A stretch of 64,000 nucleotides of DNA from Collinsella sp. (GTDB taxonomy: Bacteria; Actinomycetota; Coriobacteriia; Coriobacteriales; Coriobacteriaceae). Made by a program: the position numbers and the translations under genes. This document shows, in pieces, positions 59,082 to 64,000 of the stretch. Each line of letters starts with the position of its first letter. Within the stretch, counting starts at the first letter, position 1. The notes beneath the pieces were generated by a model that saw only the letters and a list, made by a program, of their open reading frames with translations, searched no databases and was not told the origin of the DNA. The stretch covers positions 748-64,747 of the forward strand of contig DBEWUK010000050.1 in NCBI GenBank assembly GCA_048205395.1, in the 5' to 3' direction.

Positions 59082-60683
59082 ATGAACCAGATCCTTCTCT
59101 TTATCGGCCTCGTCATCATTTTGTGCCTGACCATCAAACCCGTCGGCAAAAAACTCCCCTTCCCCACCCTGCTCATCTTTATCGCGCTCGGCATGCTGTT
59201 GGGCGTCAACGGCCCGGCGCATATCGACTTTAGCGACTACGCGCTCACCGAAACCGTCTGCAGCACGGCGCTGCTGTTCATCATGTTCTACGGCGGCTTT
59301 AACACCAACATCGACCGCGCCAAGCCCGTCGCCGTGCCCGCGGTGCTGCTGAGCACGCTCGGCGTCGTCATCACCGCAGGCATCACCGGCGTGTTCGCCC
59401 ACTTCGTGCTGGGCTTCGACTGGATCGGCGGCCTGCTGCTGGGATCAGTCGTGGCATCCACCGACGCGGCCAGCGTCTTTAGCGTTCTGCGCGAGCACAG
59501 CCTGTCGCTGAAGGGCGGCACCGACTCGCTGCTCGAGGTCGAATCGGGCTCCAACGATCCCGTCGCCTATATGCTCACCGCCGTGCTCGCCACACTCGCG
59601 GCCGGCGGCGACATCAACATTCCCGCACTGCTGGCCAAGCAGATTATCTTGGGCGTGGGCCTGGGCCTCGCCATCGGCTGGGCGGCGGGCCGCCTGATTG
59701 AACGCGCGCACGCAACGGCCGAGGGCGCGCAGACCATCTTTTTGTTCGCCGTGGCCATCGTCGCCTACGCGCTGCCGAGCTACCTGGGCGGCAACGGATT
59801 TTTGGCCGTGTACCTGGCCGGCATTGTGCTGGGTGCGAGCGACATCACCGGCAAGGTCGAGATGGCGCACTTCTTCGATACCCTCACCGAGATGGCCGAG
59901 ATGACGATCTTCTTCTTGCTCGGCCTGCTCGTAACGCCCGCACGCCTGCCGCAGATGCTGCTGCCGAGCCTGGCACTCATGGCGTTTATGCTCTTTGTGA
60001 GCCGCCCCATCGCCGTCGGCGTGCTCCTAGCGCCCTTTAAGACGAACCCTCGCCAGGTTGCGCTCGTAAGCTGGGCGGGTCTGCGCGGAGTAGCTTCGGT
60101 CGTCTTTGGTCTCTTTGCCGTGGTTGCCGGCGTTCCTGGCGGACACGACCTATTTGACCTGGTGTTTGTGATTGCCGTGTCGAGCATTGTGGTGCAAGGC
60201 TCGCTGCTGCCGGCGGTGGCGAAGAAGCTCGATATGATCGATGAGACCGGCGACGTGCGCCGCACCTTTAACGACTACCGCGACGAGGACGGCATGTCGT
60301 TTGTAAAGCTCAAGGTGGGCGCTGGACATCCGTTTGCCGGACGCTCGCTCGCGGACATTGGCAGCGCTACAGATATGCTCGTGGTCCTGGTACTGCGCGA
60401 CGGGGCGCACCCGGTGCTGCCCAACGGCGATACCGTGATCCAGGAAGGCGATCTACTGGTGATGGCCGCCCCAACATTCGAAGAGCGTGCCGAGGTTACA
60501 CTGCGCGAGGTCACCGTGACCCCCCACGGTCGCCTGGCCGGTCAGCGCCTGCGCGACGTGCCGCAAGGCAAGCATCCGTTTATTGTGGTGATGCTCAAGC
60601 GCGAAGGCCAGACGATCATCCCCGATGGCGACACCCTCATATACGCCGGCGACGAAGCCGTCATCGCCACACTGGCGTCGTAG
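59082..60683 (+). CDS. potassium/proton antiporter, CPA1 family (NhaP2/CvrA-like) with two C-terminal TrkA-C domains
   Basis: 533 aa with about 12 TM segments. Motifs: ASTDAASVFSVL and VESGSNDPVAYMLT. The C-terminus has two RCK_C-like repeats (GAGHPFAGRSLADI..., GRLAGQRLRDV...). Confidence 0.85.
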   Translation: MNQILLFIGLVIILCLTIKPVGKKLPFPTLLIFIALGMLLGVNGPAHIDFSDYALTETVCSTALLFIMFYGGFNTNIDRAKPVAVPAVLLSTLGVVITAGITGVFAHFVLGFDWIGGLLLGSVVASTDAASVFSVLREHSLSLKGGTDSLLEVESGSNDPVAYMLTAVLATLAAGGDINIPALLAKQIILGVGLGLAIGWAAGRLIERAHATAEGAQTIFLFAVAIVAYALPSYLGGNGFLAVYLAGIVLGASDITGKVEMAHFFDTLTEMAEMTIFFLLGLLVTPARLPQMLLPSLALMAFMLFVSRPIAVGVLLAPFKTNPRQVALVSWAGLRGVASVVFGLFAVVAGVPGGHDLFDLVFVIAVSSIVVQGSLLPAVAKKLDMIDETGDVRRTFNDYRDEDGMSFVKLKVGAGHPFAGRSLADIGSATDMLVVLVLRDGAHPVLPNGDTVIQEGDLLVMAAPTFEERAEVTLREVTVTPHGRLAGQRLRDVPQGKHPFIVVMLKREGQTIIPDGDTLIYAGDEAVIATLAS

Positions 60684-60909
60684 TGACCAGGAGGTAGCTA
60701 ATTTGCGGCGAAGAGATCAAGCGCCTAGAGAACCTCATGCCTTCGCTCGCAGATTCGGATTTGCCCGAGGAGTAAAGCACCCCTCCCCCATGTAACCATC
60801 CTGTAAATCATAGCAGCGCACTCGAGTTTTACCGTGATGCGGTCGCACCTGGCGCTCCACTGTGCTAAAGTATCCCGAACGTTCAAACGACTACGAGGGG
60901 GACTAGAAG

Positions 60910-62034
60910 ATGGCACGTGTGCACAACTTCTCAGCTGGCCCGGCCGCACTGCCTACAAGCGTGCTCGCCGAGATCGCCGACGAGATGATGGACTACCGCG
61001 GTTGCGGCATGTCCGTGCTCGAGATGAGCCATCGATCTAGCATGTACCAGCAGATCATCGACGACGCCGAGGCAACCCTGCGTCGCCTGCTGAGCATCCC
61101 CGACAATTACCGCGTCCTGTTTTTGCAGGGCGGCGCCACGCTGCAGTTTGCGGGCATCCCCATGAACCTCATGCGCCGCGGCCGCGCCGGCTACATCGTG
61201 ACCGGCAACTTTGCCAACAAGGCATACAAAGAAGCCGCCAAGTACGGCGAGGCCGTGCTGCTCGCGAGCTCCGAGGACACCAACTTCGACCGCATTCCCA
61301 ACATGGCCGACATCAACGCGCGCATTGCCGACGAGGCTGCGGGCGACGGGCTCGACTACGTCTACATCTGCCAGAACAACACCATCTTTGGCACCATGTA
61401 CCACGAGCTGCCCAACTGCGGCGACGTGCCGCTGGTCGCCGATGTCTCGAGCTGTTTTCTGTCGCAGCCGCTCGACGTCGAGCGCTACGGCCTCATCTAC
61501 GCCGGCGCGCAGAAAAACGCTGGTGCCGCGGGCGTGACCGTGGTCATCGTGCGCGACGACCTCATCGCCGACGGCCCCGCCTTTGCGCAGACGCCGCAGT
61601 ACATGGACCTTAAGACCCAGGCCGCCAAGGGCTCCATGCTCAACACGCCTAACACCTTTGGCATCTACGTGTGCGGCAAGGTGTTCCATTGGGTCGAGGA
61701 GACCGGCGGACTTGCCGCCATGGCCGAGCGCAACTGGGCCAAGGCCAACCTGCTCTATGAGCTGCTCGAGCACAGCGAGCTGTTCCATAGCACTACGCAG
61801 GCCGACAGCCGCTCCATCGCCAACGTCACCTTCCGCACCGGCGACGCCGAACTCGACGCGGCCTTTGTCGCAGGCGCGGCCAAGCACCAGATTCAAAACG
61901 TCAAGGGCCATCGCCTGGTGGGCGGTATGCGCGCCAGCGTCTACAACGCCGTAACCATGGAAGACGTGCAGGCACTGGCCTCGTACATGAAGGACTTCGA
62001 AGCGCAGCATAGTTTGAGTCCGCGATCTAACTAG
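60910..62034 (+). CDS. serC: 3-phosphoserine aminotransferase
   Basis: 374 aa. Motifs: HNFSAGPAALP, MSHRS, YAGAQKNAG (PLP lysine), GHRLVGGMRAS. Confidence 0.9.
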   Translation: MARVHNFSAGPAALPTSVLAEIADEMMDYRGCGMSVLEMSHRSSMYQQIIDDAEATLRRLLSIPDNYRVLFLQGGATLQFAGIPMNLMRRGRAGYIVTGNFANKAYKEAAKYGEAVLLASSEDTNFDRIPNMADINARIADEAAGDGLDYVYICQNNTIFGTMYHELPNCGDVPLVADVSSCFLSQPLDVERYGLIYAGAQKNAGAAGVTVVIVRDDLIADGPAFAQTPQYMDLKTQAAKGSMLNTPNTFGIYVCGKVFHWVEETGGLAAMAERNWAKANLLYELLEHSELFHSTTQADSRSIANVTFRTGDAELDAAFVAGAAKHQIQNVKGHRLVGGMRASVYNAVTMEDVQALASYMKDFEAQHSLSPRSN

Positions 62035-62104
62035 CCCGCAACGCGCGGGCCGACCAGCCACTTCAAACCACCTGTTTAAACCAAACCTGCTAAGGAGTTT
62101 TTCC

Positions 62105-63268
62105 ATGCGTAAGATTAAGACCATCGACGACATCACCAAGGACGGCAAAGTCGAGTTTGGCGAGGGCTACGAATTTGTGAGCACCGCCGAAGAGGCCGAC
62201 GCCATCCTGATGCGCTCGACCGACCTGCACGGCTACGAGCTGCCCGAGGGCATCCGCGCCATCGCCCGCTGCGGCGCCGGCGTCAACAACATCCCCGTCG
62301 AGGAGTACGCCAAGAAGGGCGTCGTCGTCTTTAACTCCCCCGGCGCTAACAGCAACGCCGTTAAGGAGCTCGTCCTAGGCATGCTGGTGCTCTCGAGCCG
62401 CGGCGTGGTGCAATCGATGAACTGGGTGCGCGACAACGCCGACGACCCCGAGATTCAGGTCGATGCCGAAAAGGCCAAGAAGGCCTTTGTGGGCCGCGAG
62501 CTTAAAGGCAAGCGCATCGGCGTCATCGGCCTGGGCAACGTAGGTTCCAAGGTCGCCAACGCCTGCGTCGACCTGGGCATGGACGTTTACGGCTACGACC
62601 CGTTCATTTCCGTCGAGCACGCGTGGGTGCTGAGCCGCGAGGTGCAGCGCGTGGGCACGCTCGAAGATCTCTGCCGCGGCTGTGATTACCTCACGGTGCA
62701 CGTGCCCAGCAAGGCCGACACCATCGGCATGATCAGCACCGAGCAGATCAACCTGCTGGCCCCGGACGCCGTGCTGATCAACTACGCACGCGAGACCATC
62801 ATTGACGAGGACGCCGTCGACGCCGCCCTGCGTGCAGGCAAGCTCAGCTGGTTTAGCTGCGACTTTGCCACGCCCAAAACCGTCAAGATGCCCAATACGT
62901 TTATCACCACGCACTCGGGCGCAGGCACCGGCGAGGCCGAGGCCAACTGCGCCGACATGGCCATCAGCGAGCTCAAGGATTACCTGGAGAACGGCAACAT
63001 CGCACACAGCGTCAACTACCCCGCCTGCAGCATGGGCAAGGCGCGCGCCGCAAGCCGCATCGCCTGCCTGCACGCCAACGTGCCCAACATGATCGGCCAG
63101 ATCACGGCAATCCTTGCCAAGGACAACGCCAACGTGCAGCGCATGACCAACGAGTCCGCCGGCGAGAACGCCTACACCATGTTCGACACCGACGAGCACC
63201 TTGACACCAGTACCATCGAAGCACTCAAGCAGATTCCCTCGATGTATCGCGTGCGCGTGATCAAATAG
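62105..63268 (+). CDS. serA: D-3-phosphoglycerate dehydrogenase (2-hydroxyacid dehydrogenase with C-terminal ACT domain)
   Basis: 387 aa. It has the NAD fold GVIGLGNVGSKVA, an HSGAGT catalytic region, and an ACT-like tail (IACLHANVPNMIGQITAILA). It is adjacent to serC. Confidence 0.85.
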   Translation: MRKIKTIDDITKDGKVEFGEGYEFVSTAEEADAILMRSTDLHGYELPEGIRAIARCGAGVNNIPVEEYAKKGVVVFNSPGANSNAVKELVLGMLVLSSRGVVQSMNWVRDNADDPEIQVDAEKAKKAFVGRELKGKRIGVIGLGNVGSKVANACVDLGMDVYGYDPFISVEHAWVLSREVQRVGTLEDLCRGCDYLTVHVPSKADTIGMISTEQINLLAPDAVLINYARETIIDEDAVDAALRAGKLSWFSCDFATPKTVKMPNTFITTHSGAGTGEAEANCADMAISELKDYLENGNIAHSVNYPACSMGKARAASRIACLHANVPNMIGQITAILAKDNANVQRMTNESAGENAYTMFDTDEHLDTSTIEALKQIPSMYRVRVIK

Positions 63269-63331
63269 CGCCGGGTGATCTGACGGGCAGTTCCCCATGT
63301 GGCCCGCCCGTCGCTGACATTGAATGCCCGC

Positions 63332-63366
63332 GGGGGCGCCTTTCGCACGAGAGGCGCCCCCATTTT
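63332..63366 (+). terminator. intrinsic terminator after serA
   Basis: GGGGGCGCCT-10 nt-AGGCGCCCCC followed by ATTTT. Confidence 0.6.
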
Positions 63367-63444
63367 GTGAGCGCTCCATTAAATGCACCGAGCCGCTTCT
63401 TGGCATACAATCTGTATGTTGACCTAACTATCTGTGAGGTGCCT

Positions 63445-64000
63445 ATGGTTGATACAGATTGTGCTTGGCGGCTTACGCAAGGGCTCGTGCGGATCGACAG
63501 TTCCGACCCAGGTGTATGAGGGCGAGATTGAACGCCATATCAAAGCGTTGGTTGAGGAACGGTTGGCGCAGCTGAGCCATCCGGTACTCGATGCCGTGCA
63601 GATTGCAGAGCTCGAAGTACTCCCTGGGCGCCGCGATCTTATGGTCACCGTGCCCGGTTTGAACGACGAGCCACGGCTGGTCTATATCTGCCATATGGAC
63701 ACCGTCACCTTGGGTGATGGCTGGGACGCGGACATTGCGCCGCTCGGGGCGGTCGTGCGCGACGGCAAGCTCTACGGCCGCGGTGCCTGCGATATGAAGA
63801 GTGGCCTGGCCTGCGCCATTGCCGCACTGGTCCATACGCTCGAGCGCGTGGCGGCGGATGGCGCGCTGCCCCGCCGCGGCTTTTCACTCATCTGCTCGGT
63901 CGACGAGGAAGACTTTATGCGCGGCTCAGAGGCCGCGATCGATGCTGGCTGGGTCGGCTCGCGCGAATGGGTGCTGGACACCGAGCCCACCGACGGACAG
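63445..64000 (+). CDS. M20-family metallopeptidase (ArgE/DapE/ACY1-like), 5' partial running off the window
   Basis: This is not in the ORF track because there is no stop within the window. Hand translation from ATG 63445 gives MVDTDCAWRLTQGLVRIDSSDP...LVYICHMDTVTLGDGW...GKLYGRGACDMKSGLA...CSVDEE, the classic M20 metal and catalytic motifs. Confidence 0.75.

Overview
This is a high-GC chromosomal window (roughly 60% by eye) from a Gram-positive, anaerobe-type actinobacterium. The gene content looks Coriobacteriia-like, but that is inference only. No tools were run: all calls come from reading the ORF track and the DNA by hand.

Layout:
- 1-5.75 kb is a visibly AT-richer mosaic of mobile-element stubs (ISL3, IS3, two IS256 pieces), a truncated BREX PglX-like methyltransferase and two orphan ORFs. 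It also holds an intact two-gene cassette, an ORC/Cdc6-like AAA ATPase with a winged helix plus a leaderless trypsin-fold protease. This cassette is my best candidate for an undescribed defence-type system.
- 5.75-13.9 kb carries six family-2 glycosyltransferases, five of them in one tightly coupled minus-strand operon that contains a duplicated gene pair.
- 13.9-17.8 kb carries an AAA-ATPase_like/PDDEXK_9 protein and a sortase-anchored surface protein.
- 17.9-28.6 kb carries an Rrf2 regulator divergent from sufCBDSU, a catalytically degenerate IS200-like Y1 protein, and an uncharacterised NifU-like + GGGtGRT pair followed by an FAD oxidoreductase.
- 28.8-64 kb is housekeeping: tRNA-Lys, tRNA-His, tRNA-Ala, an aminotransferase, ROK fructokinase, vanZ, rho, argS, a CarD-like protein, an HD protein, proA, a prolyl aminopeptidase, proB, pncB, a radical SAM protein, a WecA-like GT4, trpS, MGMT, degV, marR, a B3/B4 protein, pckA, a flippase-like protein, a phosphoesterase, a K+/H+ antiporter, serC, serA and a partial M20 peptidase.

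The intergenic DNA of the housekeeping part is unusually rich in repeat families:
- A 41-nt conserved hairpin is present six times.
- Long-stem elements have covarying stems around conserved cores.
- GTGCCGGCAC/GGAACGTCCC palindromic modules, 27-nt tandem units and a 32-nt dispersed repeat also occur.

No rRNA, CRISPR array or prophage was seen.
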